From: Methanocaldococcus sp. 28A
Lineage (GTDB): Archaea > AGJL01 > Methanococci > Methanococcales > Methanocaldococcaceae
Length of the DNA stretch: 64,000 bases
Reading direction: 5' to 3' (one strand)
NCBI GenBank assembly: GCA_049852185.1
Contig: CP187540.1
Of this stretch, positions 8,878-19,039 are shown piece by piece. A program made the position numbers and the translations under genes. The stretch's first letter is position 1; every line of letters begins with the position of its first letter. The notes beneath the pieces were generated by a model, which searched no databases, was not told the DNA's origin, and saw only the letters and a program-made list of their open reading frames with translations.

Positions 8878-10491
8878 ATGAAAACTGATATTCTAATTAT
8901 AGGTGGAGGAGGTGCTGCTGCAAGAGCAGCAATAGAAGGTAGAGATAAAAATGTCATAATAGCTGTTAAAGGATTATTTGGAAAAAGTGGATGCACAGTT
9001 ATGGCTGAAGGAGGATATAATGCAGTTTTTAACCCAAAAGATAGTTTTAAAAAGCATTTTTATGATACAGTAAAAGGTGGAGGATTTATAAACAATCCAA
9101 AGTTGGTAGAGATTTTAGTTAAAAACGCTCCTAAGGAACTTTTAAACTTAGAAAAGTTTGGAGCTTTGTTTGATAGAAATGAAGATGGATTTATAGCTCA
9201 AAGACCATTTGGTGGGCAGAGTTTTAATAGAACATGTTACTGTGGTGATAGAACAGGACATGAGATAATGAGGGGATTGATGGAATATCTATCAAAATTT
9301 GAAAGGATTAAAATTTTAGAAGAAGTTATGGCAATAAAGTTAATTGTTAATGATAATAGATGCTATGGGGCTATATTTTTAGATTTAAAAACTGGAGAGA
9401 TATTTCCAATATTTGCCAAAGCTACAATATTAGCTACCGGAGGAGCAGGGCAACTCTATCCTATAACGTCCAATCCAATACAAAAGACAGGAGATGGATT
9501 TGCAATTGCTTATAATGAAGGAGCTGAACTTATAGATATGGAAATGGTACAATTCCATCCAACAGGAATGGTTGGAACAGGAATTTTAGTTACAGAGGCG
9601 GTTAGAGGAGAAGGAGGGATTTTATATAACAAAAATAAAGAAAGATTTATGGCAAAGTATGATAAGGAAAGAATGGAATTATCAACAAGAGATGTTGTTG
9701 CAAGAGCAATTTATAGAGAGATTCAAGAGGGGAGAGGAGTCAATGGAGGAGTTTATTTAGATGTCTCTCACTTGCCAAATGAAGTTATTGAAAAGAAGTT
9801 AGAGACTATGTTAAAGCAGTTTTTAAGGATTGGAATAGATATTAGAAAAGAGCCAATGATAGTATCTCCAACTGCTCATCATTTTATGGGTGGTTTAAAG
9901 ATTAATGAGAAGTGTGAAACTAACATAATTGGTTTATTTGCCTGTGGAGAAATTACAGGAGGAGTTCATGGAGCTAATAGATTGGGAGGAAATGCCTTAG
10001 CAGATACGCAAGTATTTGGAGCTATTGCTGGAAAATCAGCTAAAGAATTTGTTGAAAATAATGAATTTGAAAATATTGATAATGAAGAAGATGTTACAAA
10101 AATATTAGATGAAATAAAAAGCTTAGATGGAAATTTAAACGTCTATAATTTAATTGATGATTTAAAAAAGATTATGTGGAATTATGTATCTATTATTAGA
10201 AATAAAGAAGGATTAGAAAAAGCCTTAGAAAAAATTGACGAAATTGAGAAAAATATAGATGATATCAAAGTTAATGGAATTATTGATTTGCAGAAATACT
10301 TTGAATTAAAAAATATGGCTGTTGTTGCAAAATTGGTTATAAAATCTGCTTTGTATAGAGAGGAAAGTAGAGGAGCTCATTATAGAGAAGATTTTCCAGA
10401 AACAAAAGAAGAGTGGAGAGGAAATATTATAATAAAAGGAAAGAAAATGTGGTTTGAAAAGCTAAATTACGATATTGAGGAATATTTATAG
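8878..10491 (+). CDS. tfrA: Thiol:fumarate reductase flavoprotein subunit A
   Basis: GGGGAA, AEGG, QFHPTG, EAVRGEGG, HHFMGG, HGANRLGGNAL. Confidence 0.92.
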   Translation: MKTDILIIGGGGAAARAAIEGRDKNVIIAVKGLFGKSGCTVMAEGGYNAVFNPKDSFKKHFYDTVKGGGFINNPKLVEILVKNAPKELLNLEKFGALFDRNEDGFIAQRPFGGQSFNRTCYCGDRTGHEIMRGLMEYLSKFERIKILEEVMAIKLIVNDNRCYGAIFLDLKTGEIFPIFAKATILATGGAGQLYPITSNPIQKTGDGFAIAYNEGAELIDMEMVQFHPTGMVGTGILVTEAVRGEGGILYNKNKERFMAKYDKERMELSTRDVVARAIYREIQEGRGVNGGVYLDVSHLPNEVIEKKLETMLKQFLRIGIDIRKEPMIVSPTAHHFMGGLKINEKCETNIIGLFACGEITGGVHGANRLGGNALADTQVFGAIAGKSAKEFVENNEFENIDNEEDVTKILDEIKSLDGNLNVYNLIDDLKKIMWNYVSIIRNKEGLEKALEKIDEIEKNIDDIKVNGIIDLQKYFELKNMAVVAKLVIKSALYREESRGAHYREDFPETKEEWRGNIIIKGKKMWFEKLNYDIEEYL

Positions 10492-10559
10492 AACTTTCGC
10501 AGTTTATATATTAAATAACTGAAAGTGTGAATTAACGAAAAGAGTCTTAAAAGCAAAAA

Positions 10560-10925
10560 CCAGGAATAGGATGGGGTTAAATAATTTATTAAAAAACGGT
10601 GATACCTATATGTTAGCAACATTTAGTGATATACGGGTTGATTCTATAAATAGTTTAGGGATATGTTCTTCGTATGGAGTGATGGGAACATTAACACCGA
10701 TAAAGACGATTAGAGGGATATCTATTACCTATATAATCAGTTATCTAACCTTCCCTATATTTTAGATAACAATAGATACAAATTTGTTGCGATAGTTGAT
10801 TCAATGTGAACGTAATTATCTAACCTCAAAAAGTAATATCGGTTTTGTTAAATTTGTAGTTACAATAAATACAATACTAAAGTAATTAAAGAGCATAGTA
10901 AAGAACTAATAAAGAAAGGACTATC
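10560..10925 (+). mobile_element. Probable highly decayed transposase fragment (ISH3/IS4-like)
   Basis: Broken ORF with CG-richer composition like the other IS scars; ..SSYG..VMGT..RG pattern weakly resembles ISH3 N-terminal motif. Confidence 0.3.
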
Positions 10926-10929
10926 GTAA

Positions 10930-11100
10930 TCACACAGTCAGTTTATATTGATATATTGCCTTAGATTTTATTTTATCTCTTCCAATTTTTGAATATTTGA
11001 ATATTTCACCTATTGGAACAATACCTAAAAGAAACGAAATAATACCAACATAAAAATATATTCCTAAACCTATCCCTATTAAAGAATAAGAACTAAACAT
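10930..11100 (-). CDS. Small membrane protein (56 aa) not in ORF track
   Basis: MFSSYSLIGIGLGIYFYVGIISFLLGIVPIGEIFKYSKIGRDKIKSKAIYQYKLTV*, GGTG RBS upstream. Confidence 0.5.
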   Translation of the reverse strand: MFSSYSLIGIGLGIYFYVGIISFLLGIVPIGEIFKYSKIGRDKIKSKAIYQYKLTV

Positions 11101-11186
11101 ATTAACACCAAATTTTATTATGATAAACTATACTATTTCATTCTCATACCTGTCATATTTAAATATATAAAAATTTTGGTGAAAAC

Positions 11187-12068
11187 ATGAATCCTTTTGA
11201 TATAATGAAAGCTTCTCAAATAGCGTGCTGTTTAGAAGTTAGCTCTTTCAAACCCGGAAATGTTCATAGAAATAGGGACTATAAAGATATCAAATATCAT
11301 CACTTTATAAACTCTGGAATTGCAATTGGAAACGTTGTTTATGAAGCGGCTCAAAAAGATAGAAATGTTGGTTTATACATAAAAAAGGCTGTAATTGAGA
11401 GCAAAAAATGGTCACCAACTAATGCAAATTTAGGAATTATAATGCTACACATCCCTATAGCAATGGCTGCTGGAAAATTAGATAGTTTTGATGAAAATAA
11501 ATTAAAAGATAATTTAAAGAAAATTGCCGAAAATACAACTGTTGAAGATGCAATAAACGTCTATGATGCTATAAATATAGCAATGGCTTATGTCAATAAA
11601 CCAAAGAAGGGTCCTGATGTCACTTCAGAAGATGCAAAAAAAGAACTTATTAAAAAAAATTTAACTCTTTTAGATGTTTATAAAATATCTGCAGAATGGG
11701 ATAATATAAGTAAAGAATGGGTTGATAACTTTAAAATCTCATTTGAGGGCTATAATTTATTAAAAAAGTATTATGAGGAACTCAACAACATAAACTTAGC
11801 TGTAACAAAAACATTTTTAAACCTATTGGCTAAATATCCTGATACATTAATTGCAAGAAAGAAAGGTTTTGAAACTGCTTTAAAAGTTTCTAAAATGGCT
11901 GAAGATGTGTTAAATAACTTTAAAGAAGAAAAAGTCATAGAATTTGACAAATATTTATCAAAAGAAGGAAACAAATTAAATCCTGGAACTACTGCTGATT
12001 TAATTGCTTCATCATTAATGATATTTATATTAGATAGAATAGACAATGGAAAAACAATACTTTGGTGA
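11187..12068 (+). CDS. CitG-family (triphosphoribosyl-dephospho-CoA synthase-like) protein
   Basis: LEV...[24 protein letters not shown]. Confidence 0.85.
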   Translation: MNPFDIMKASQIACCLEVSSFKPGNVHRNRDYKDIKYHHFINSGIAIGNVVYEAAQKDRNVGLYIKKAVIESKKWSPTNANLGIIMLHIPIAMAAGKLDSFDENKLKDNLKKIAENTTVEDAINVYDAINIAMAYVNKPKKGPDVTSEDAKKELIKKNLTLLDVYKISAEWDNISKEWVDNFKISFEGYNLLKKYYEELNNINLAVTKTFLNLLAKYPDTLIARKKGFETALKVSKMAEDVLNNFKEEKVIEFDKYLSKEGNKLNPGTTADLIASSLMIFILDRIDNGKTILW

Positions 12069-12072
12069 GAGA

Positions 12073-13806
12073 ATGGAAAAAGATATCTATGAAAAGATTA
12101 TGGATTTAGCAAAAAGAAGGGGATATTTATGGAGCTCATTTGAAATCTATGGAGGAATTGCTGGATTTGTTGATTATGGTCCATTAGGTTGTTTATTAAA
12201 AAACAACATTATATCAAAATTTAGAGAGCAGTATATTGTTAAAGAAGGGTTTTATGAGATTGAGAGTCCAACAGTAACACCTTATGAAGTTTTAAAGGCA
12301 TCTGGGCACGTTGATAACTTTACAGACCCAATTGTTGAGTGTAAAAACTGTTTAGAGTCTTTTAGAGCTGACCATTTAATTGAAGAGTTTGTAGATGTAG
12401 ATACTGAAGGGAAGACTTTGAAAGAATTAGAAGAGCTCATTAGAAAACATGATATAAGATGTCCAAAATGTGGAGGAGAGCTTGGAGAGGTTAAAAAATT
12501 CAACTTGATGTTTGTCACATCTATAGGGCCAGGAGGAAAGAGAACTGGTTATATGAGACCTGAAACAGCACAGGGAATATTTATTCAATTTAGAAGGTTA
12601 GCCCAATTTTTTAGAAACAAGTTGCCTTTTGGTGTTGTTCAAATTGGTAAGAGCTATAGAAATGAAATTTCACCAAGGCAGGGAGTTATTAGATTGAGAG
12701 AATTCACTCAAGCAGAGATTGAATACTTTGTCCATCCAGAAAGAAAAGAGCATGAAAAATTTGATTTAGTTAAGGATGAAGTAGTTCCATTACTGCCAGC
12801 TGATAGGCAGATGGACGAAAACTTAAAAGATGAAGAAAAGATAATCAAAATGAGCATTGGAGAGGCTGTTGAGAAAGGAATTATAAGACATCAAACAATT
12901 GCCTACTTTATAGCTTTAACAAAGAGATTTTTAGAGGATATTGGAATTGATAAAGATAAAATTAGATTCAGACAGCACTTGCCAAATGAGATGGCTCACT
13001 ATGCAATTGACTGTTGGGATGCTGAGATATATACAGAAAGATTTGGATGGATTGAGTGTGTTGGAATTGCAGATAGAACAGATTATGACTTAAGAAGCCA
13101 CTCAGAACATAGTGGTGTTGAACTCTCGGTATTTGTTGAGCTTGATGAGGAAAAAGAGATTGAAACTTACGAAATAAATCTAAATTATAAAGTTGTTGGA
13201 AAGATATTTAAGAAAGATACAAAGACAATTGAGGCATATATAAACAACTTAAGTGAAAAAGAGAAAGAAGAGTTTGTTAAAAATATTGAAAAGGATGGTA
13301 AAGTAATTATAACAATTGATGGAAAAGAATTTGAGATTTTAAAAGATTATATTGAAATTAAAAAGGTTAAAAAAGTTATTAAAGGAGAGAAAGTTATTCC
13401 ACATGTTATAGAGCCTTCTTATGGAATTGATAGAATTACCTACTGTTTATTAGAACACTCTTATAGAGAGGAAGAGGATAGAGTTTATTTAAACCTAAAG
13501 CCGTCAATTGCTCCTATAAAAGCTTATGTCTTACCATTAGTTAATAAGGACGATATGCCAAAAATAGCTAAAGAAATAGAGCAAATGCTGAGAGAAAATG
13601 GCATTATAGCTGAGTATGATGACAGTGGAGCTATTGGAAGAAGATATATGAGAGCTGACGAAATAGGAGTTCCATTCTGTATAACAGTAGATGGAAAAAC
13701 ATTAGAGGATAAAACTGTAACTGTTAGGGATAGAAATACAAGAGAGCAAGTTAGAGTTAAGATAGATGAACTTGTTGATTATTTAAAAGAGAAATTAAAG
13801 GAATAA
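12073..13806 (+). CDS. glyS: Glycine--tRNA ligase
   Basis: YMRPETAQG, RNEISPRQG..RLREF, HVIEPSYG; GGTGA RBS before ATG 12073. Confidence 0.97.
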   Translation: MEKDIYEKIMDLAKRRGYLWSSFEIYGGIAGFVDYGPLGCLLKNNIISKFREQYIVKEGFYEIESPTVTPYEVLKASGHVDNFTDPIVECKNCLESFRADHLIEEFVDVDTEGKTLKELEELIRKHDIRCPKCGGELGEVKKFNLMFVTSIGPGGKRTGYMRPETAQGIFIQFRRLAQFFRNKLPFGVVQIGKSYRNEISPRQGVIRLREFTQAEIEYFVHPERKEHEKFDLVKDEVVPLLPADRQMDENLKDEEKIIKMSIGEAVEKGIIRHQTIAYFIALTKRFLEDIGIDKDKIRFRQHLPNEMAHYAIDCWDAEIYTERFGWIECVGIADRTDYDLRSHSEHSGVELSVFVELDEEKEIETYEINLNYKVVGKIFKKDTKTIEAYINNLSEKEKEEFVKNIEKDGKVIITIDGKEFEILKDYIEIKKVKKVIKGEKVIPHVIEPSYGIDRITYCLLEHSYREEEDRVYLNLKPSIAPIKAYVLPLVNKDDMPKIAKEIEQMLRENGIIAEYDDSGAIGRRYMRADEIGVPFCITVDGKTLEDKTVTVRDRNTREQVRVKIDELVDYLKEKLKE

Positions 13807-13808
13807 AA

Positions 13809-14105
13809 TTATTTGTCCTTCTTCTTTTCAAATAAATTTTTTATAATCTCATTATCAATATAAAATTTGAATTCTTTTGCTTTATAAATTCTCTTTGCTC
13901 TACTTCCTTCTAAAACTAAATCACTCTCAACTAAACCTGCTTCTTCTAATTTTCTTAAATGGGCATAGACTACAGGTCTTGATAGTTCCAACTCCTTAGC
14001 TAATTCATAGATATTTTTTGGTTGTTTATTTAATATATATAGTATTTTAATCCTTATTGGATTAGACAATGCTTCTCCCATTTTTACCACATCTATCAAC
14101 TTCAT
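13809..14105 (-). CDS. ArsR-family winged-helix regulator
   Basis: ALSNPIRIKIL, HLRKLEEAGLV. Confidence 0.88.
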   Translation of the reverse strand: MKLIDVVKMGEALSNPIRIKILYILNKQPKNIYELAKELELSRPVVYAHLRKLEEAGLVESDLVLEGSRAKRIYKAKEFKFYIDNEIIKNLFEKKKDK

Positions 14106-14109
14106 AAAA

Positions 14110-14367
14110 TCACTCTATTTCCTCCCATTTCTTCTTTAACTCCTTAACAATTTCTTTTATCTCCTCAACATCCTTTTCTATTTTTATAAGCTTTTCATTG
14201 TCTATTGAACTTGATTGCTTTTTTAATGGAGAAATTATCATATACATTATAACCGCAACAATTACTACAAAAATAATCATCCAGAGAATGCTATAAAATG
14301 GACTTATAGCAACTCCCTCGCTACCTACATAATGTACTCCAAAACCCATTGGCATAAATCCCACCAT
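14110..14367 (-). CDS. Small membrane protein with coiled-coil tail
   Basis: One TM segment, charged C-terminus, co-oriented with ArsR gene. Confidence 0.65.
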   Translation of the reverse strand: MVGFMPMGFGVHYVGSEGVAISPFYSILWMIIFVVIVAVIMYMIISPLKKQSSSIDNEKLIKIEKDVEEIKEIVKELKKKWEEIE

Positions 14368-14497
14368 ATAAACTTTTAAAAATTATTAGATTAAAATTAT
14401 TAGATTTCAGCAAAATTAGATTTTCATTTAACAGAAGATAAATATTTTATTGAATTCTTTGTTTTGAGAAATATTTAATTTATTTTTATTTTAGTTA

Positions 14498-15748
14498 TTA
14501 ATTAATTATCTCACCATTAAACACTATAGAAGGAGATATTAACTTACCCCTCTGCTCAACGTCATTTAATGGTATAGCCTCTTTAAACATCTCAAATATA
14601 TTTCCTCCAAACATTCCTTTTTTGATTGGGATTATATCTCCATTCTTATATAAATATGAGTTTTGTATTTCTACAGCAAAATCTCCAGTTATTGGGTTTG
14701 ATGTATGAGAGCCTATTACTCCATTAATATATACATATTCATCAAAATCATCTAAGCTATTTTTTGTTTCTTCAATGATAAAGTTTGTTGGTGAAATATA
14801 TGGTAGAGAGTTATAACTTCTTGAACAATTTCCTGTTGAGTTTTTTCCTTCTTTATTAGCTCTCTTTATATCATACAAATAATTTTTTAGAACACCACCT
14901 TCAACTAAAACTGTTCTCTGCGTTGGAACACCTTCACCATCACACTTTGAAGAGTAGAGAGCATAATCTAAAGTTCCATCATCAATTATTGTTATATTTT
15001 CACTAAAAATCTGTTCTCCAATTTTTCCTTTTAAAATGCTTCTATCTCTTTGTACGTTTTCAGCACTGAATGCTGGCATTAATGTATAGGATAACAAATC
15101 ATACAATGCCCTTGGTGATAAAACTATATTTCCTTTGTATGAAATAGCTTTTCCATTTACTGACTTTTTAGCTAAATCTAATGCTTTATAGCTAATTTCT
15201 TCAACATCAAAAATATTATGCTTTGTTCTACATTCATAAGATGTTTCTCCATTATACATTATAGATATTGATGCAGAGAAATACGTGTCTTGTTCTTCAA
15301 TATCCACACCATTTGAATTTATTAATCTTGCATATCCAATTTCCTTAGAAATTCCTCCACTTAAAACAATTGCATTATTATCTAAGGCGGTATTTCTCAT
15401 AGTTATTAAGCTTTCTAACAATTTTTCTTCATCTAAATCTAAAATTTCTTTATAAAACATCCCTTTTGGCTCTTTGTATTTTTGCGGTTCAGCAAATTTA
15501 GTATATTTATCCTCAACCAAATTTTTCATGGCTTTATAGACAATATTTTCATCAAATTTGTTTGAATAAGCGAAACCAACCTTTCCATCCTTTATAACCC
15601 TAACTCCAATACCATAGGAAATTCCTGTCTGAAAACTATCTACACTTTTTCCATCTAAATCAACACTTACGTCATAAGATTTAACAAAAAGAACTTCAGT
15701 TTCAAATCCTTCTCTCTCTCCAATTTTTATTAATTTCTCTAAATCCAT
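14498..15748 (-). CDS. TldD/PmbA family protein (PmbA-like)
   Basis: GIGVRVIKDGKVGFA, DGEG, NPITGDF. Confidence 0.9.
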   Translation of the reverse strand: MDLEKLIKIGEREGFETEVLFVKSYDVSVDLDGKSVDSFQTGISYGIGVRVIKDGKVGFAYSNKFDENIVYKAMKNLVEDKYTKFAEPQKYKEPKGMFYKEILDLDEEKLLESLITMRNTALDNNAIVLSGGISKEIGYARLINSNGVDIEEQDTYFSASISIMYNGETSYECRTKHNIFDVEEISYKALDLAKKSVNGKAISYKGNIVLSPRALYDLLSYTLMPAFSAENVQRDRSILKGKIGEQIFSENITIIDDGTLDYALYSSKCDGEGVPTQRTVLVEGGVLKNYLYDIKRANKEGKNSTGNCSRSYNSLPYISPTNFIIEETKNSLDDFDEYVYINGVIGSHTSNPITGDFAVEIQNSYLYKNGDIIPIKKGMFGGNIFEMFKEAIPLNDVEQRGKLISPSIVFNGEIIN

Positions 15749-15780
15749 ATTCTCACCTAAATAATATTATATTAGAGCAA

Positions 15781-15875
15781 GAGTGTGCCTAAAATCTATA
15801 CTAACTAAATCAGTATTTTCGAACATCCTAAAATAAATAGGGAAGAGAGCGTTTCTAAAATCGAGTAATATGTAT
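15781..15875 (+). mobile_element. Two degenerate copies of the IS5-like terminal repeat
   Basis: GAGTGTGCCTAAAAT (15781) and GAGCGTTTCTAAAATCGAGTAATATGTAT (15847) resemble the element end at 22038. Confidence 0.6.
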
Positions 15876-16120
15876 GGAGGCTGGAAGGTTATCCGCTACA
15901 ATTGTTTCAATTGTTCCAAAAGTAGTAGCGAAAAACCAGAACGGTATGTCTAATACATATCTAGAAATGTATTTAAACGTAATAATAATATAAAAATTTA
16001 ATTAATATATTTTTTACTTTATAACAATTCAACATTTTTAAATCAAAATAAAATCAAAAAAAGTAAAGGAATTAAATAGAACTTTTTGAAATTTAATAGT
16101 ATTAAAGTGTGAAAGTTCTA

Positions 16121-16810
16121 TTAAATCAGTCCTAAAGCATCTTCAATCATTAAAAGCTCTGGTCCTGTAGTGTCACCACCAACTACAGCACCTTTAGAGT
16201 TTGCAATAATACAAGCTCCAACAGAAGTCGTTCCTTTATTAGCTGTTCCTTTACCAATATATTCTACTTTAAACAAGTTTTTTAAAAATTCAAGTTCTTC
16301 ATCTTCAACTAATGGATGAGTCAAACATCCTTTATTTGTTACCACCGCATTACTTCCAACAGTTGGAAGCTCAGCAATAGTATCAATTTCAACTTCAACA
16401 TTTAAAGCATCTTCAATATCTTTCTTAAAATCTTTTAACTCTGGAGATATTAAAGCTCCTTTATCATTAGTTAATATTAAGTTACCTAATGCTGTATTTT
16501 TTGATTTTATGATTTCAACATTTAAATCTAAGTTATTTTCCTTCAAGAAATTTTTTATTTTGTTTAATTCTTTATCATCAGCTATTTTTGGTAATAATAG
16601 ACCATATTTATTTGCTGCTGATAAAGAACCAACTAATGAACTACCTCCAATATTAATTTGAAAGCATTTAGTTTTTAAAACTTCAGACACTTCATTAACA
16701 TCATTTTTATCAAGAAAAATCGGTAATAGGGTAATTTCTTCAGTAGTTAATGCCAATACACCAATTGTAGAAATTCCTGAAAAGTATTTTTTTATAATCA
16801 TAGACATCAC
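16121..16810 (-). CDS. eif6: Translation initiation factor 6
   Basis: ALGNLIL.ND.GAL, GTANKG, G.DTTGPEL. Confidence 0.95.
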   Translation of the reverse strand: MMSMIIKKYFSGISTIGVLALTTEEITLLPIFLDKNDVNEVSEVLKTKCFQINIGGSSLVGSLSAANKYGLLLPKIADDKELNKIKNFLKENNLDLNVEIIKSKNTALGNLILTNDKGALISPELKDFKKDIEDALNVEVEIDTIAELPTVGSNAVVTNKGCLTHPLVEDEELEFLKNLFKVEYIGKGTANKGTTSVGACIIANSKGAVVGGDTTGPELLMIEDALGLI

Positions 16811-16828
16811 ATGGTTTAGATTTAAATT

Positions 16829-16909
16829 TAGGTCTTATATCTTAAATTGAACTTTGATTCCTTTAGGAATCTATATTCAATAAAAAATTTATTCCTACGG
16901 AAGGTCCTA
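16829..16909. repeat. Palindromic repeat family B (MJRE-like), most complete copy
   Basis: TAGGTCTT...AAGGTCCTA ends with internal hairpin GATTCCT-TT-AGGAATC. Confidence 0.6.
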
Positions 16910-16919
16910 TTTATATTAT

Positions 16920-17183
16920 TTACTCTGCAAGTGTTGCTATAACAACTTTTCCATCTTTAACAGCTTTAACTCTAACTCTTGCTGGTGGTTTTTGAATTCC
17001 TCTTTCCCAAATCTTTTCATTTAATTCGTTGTCTATTTTAACAATTTCTGCTTTCATGTGTCTCATTAAAAACTTTTTTATTTTCTTTATAGCTCTTGGA
17101 GCTCTCTTAGTTCTAACTGATTTGTTTATAACATCTCTCAATGGGATTGTATATATTCTCTCATCCATCATAAACACCTCCAA
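16920..17183 (-). CDS. rpl31e: 50S ribosomal protein L31e
   Basis: [24 protein letters not shown]. Confidence 0.96.
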   Translation of the reverse strand: MEVFMMDERIYTIPLRDVINKSVRTKRAPRAIKKIKKFLMRHMKAEIVKIDNELNEKIWERGIQKPPARVRVKAVKDGKVVIATLAE

Positions 17184-17453
17184 AATAGTTAGATTAAATA
17201 ATTATTCCTACCTTAGAGATATTAAAATGGATATTTAAAGATTACGGTAATCATTGAAATTTTGTGATATCTTGAAATTATTCTAATGGAAGTTCTTATG
17301 TGTTCATAGAACTTTCGCAGGATAACTATAATACCTAATGGTATCAAAGTTACACAATCATGACATAAACTTTTTATATTTTCTTTTAAATAGTTACTAT
17401 CATGATTCATTACTTGTTTATCCTTAGAAACCCATATAGTTATTATATTATAT

Positions 17454-17511
17454 GGCGGATGATGAACGGAGTAGCTGCTGAGCTGTGATGAGTGATGGGC
17501 GAACTGACGCC
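17454..17511 (+). ncRNA. C/D-box methylation guide sRNA
   Basis: GGCG/CGCC terminal stem; C ATGATGA 17459-65, D' CTGA 17478-81, C' GTGATGA 17485-91, D CTGA 17504-07; two 12-nt guides; GC-rich island. Confidence 0.92.
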
Positions 17512-17610
17512 ACTTTTATTTTTTATTTTAAACATATTAATCAATATATTTAAAACATTTAAACCTATTTTAATTTTTATGATAAAGATTTTTATATTTT
17601 TTTGCTTATT

Positions 17611-17726
17611 TTATAGTTGTGTGCAAAATAAAATAAACTTTTATAAGGACAATTTGAATGCCTTCTTTAAGGAAGGCATTCATTAATACCTTATTTTAAT
17701 TAAGATAGTTTTGCACACAACTATAA
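17611..17726 (+). repeat. Palindromic MITE-like repeat family A, copy 1
   Basis: Perfect 18-bp IR TTATAGTTGTGTGCAAAA/TTTTGCACACAACTATAA; central hairpin TGAATGCCTTC..GAAGGCATTCA. Confidence 0.9.
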
Positions 17727-17762
17727 TTTCTAGGAATATTAAAAATAATCTAAGGTGGAATA

Positions 17763-19016
17763 ATGGATATTGGGGATATTATAAGAGTAGAAACAGATAA
17801 AGGGATTTTTGAAGGTATCTTATTGCCCTCAACAGATGAAAACATTATAACAATAAAGATGAAAAACGGTTATAACGTTGGAATATTGAAAGAAAATGTA
17901 ATAAATATAGAGGTTATTGCTAAAGGGGAAAAGCCAAAGTATGAACTGCCCCCTCTAAATATTAAAAAGAATGAAAAATTAAAAACAATCTCTATTTTAT
18001 CTACTGGGGGAACAGTAGCCTCAAAGGTTGACTATAAAACAGGGGCTGTTCATCCTTCTTTTACAGCAGATGATTTAATTAGGGCTGTGCCAGAGCTTTT
18101 AGATATTGCCAATATAAAAGGAAGAGCTGTAATGAACATATTAAGCGAAAATATGAAGCCAGAGTATTGGAAAAAGATGGCTGAAGAGATAAAGAAAGAG
18201 ATAGAAGATGGGGCTGATGGAATTGTTATAGCTCATGGAACAGATACTATGAGTTATACTGCAGCAGCATTATCATTTATGGTTAAAGCAGAAGTTCCAA
18301 TAATTTTGGTTGGAGCTCAGAGAAGTAGTGATAGACCTTCTTCAGACGCTGCTCTAAACTTAATAAGTGCTGTTTTAGCTGCAACAGAAAATATTAAAGG
18401 AGTTTATGTTGTTATGCATGGGGAGAGTGGAGATACATTCTGCTATTTACATAAAGGAGTTAAGGTTAGAAAATGCCATTCTTCAAGAAGAGATGCATTT
18501 AAATCTATAAATTCAATACCAGTAGCTAAGATTAATCCATTTACAAAAGAAGTTATTTATTTGCAAGAAGTGGAAAAATCAGATGGTAGCAAAAAGGTAG
18601 ATATAAACACTAATTTAGAAGAAAAAGTAGCTTTAATAAAAATTTATCCTGGAATGGATGGAGAGATTATTAAATTCTATGTTGATAAAGGCTATAAAGG
18701 AATTGTTTTAGAAGGGACTGGTTTGGGACATGCTCCAGAGTATATATTTGAAGATATAAAGTATGCGATAGATAAGGGAGTTGTCGTTATTATGGCAACA
18801 CAAACAATAAATGGAAGAGTAAATATGAATGTCTATTCAAATGGAAGAGAATTACAGAAATTAGGAGTTATTGGTTGTGAAGATATGACTCCAGAAGTTG
18901 CTTTGGTTAAATTAATGTATCTCTTAGGAAATTATGAGCCAGAAGAAGTTAAAAGATTAATTAATAAGAATTTAGTTGGAGAAATTGAATATAGAAGTAG
19001 GTTTGATGCATATTAA
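17763..19016 (+). CDS. gatD: Glu-tRNA(Gln) amidotransferase subunit D
   Basis: [25 protein letters not shown]. Confidence 0.96.
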   Translation: MDIGDIIRVETDKGIFEGILLPSTDENIITIKMKNGYNVGILKENVINIEVIAKGEKPKYELPPLNIKKNEKLKTISILSTGGTVASKVDYKTGAVHPSFTADDLIRAVPELLDIANIKGRAVMNILSENMKPEYWKKMAEEIKKEIEDGADGIVIAHGTDTMSYTAAALSFMVKAEVPIILVGAQRSSDRPSSDAALNLISAVLAATENIKGVYVVMHGESGDTFCYLHKGVKVRKCHSSRRDAFKSINSIPVAKINPFTKEVIYLQEVEKSDGSKKVDINTNLEEKVALIKIYPGMDGEIIKFYVDKGYKGIVLEGTGLGHAPEYIFEDIKYAIDKGVVVIMATQTINGRVNMNVYSNGRELQKLGVIGCEDMTPEVALVKLMYLLGNYEPEEVKRLINKNLVGEIEYRSRFDAY

Positions 19017-19039
19017 TCATTAAAAAATTTGGTGATAAA

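Noticed and set aside
17222-17410. 62-aa ORF upstream of rpl31e (possible rpl39e)
   Set aside because: No L39e signature; the region contains a repeat end and looks like debris
17492-17686. 64-aa ORF
   Set aside because: Starts within the C/D sRNA and ends in a repeat; spurious
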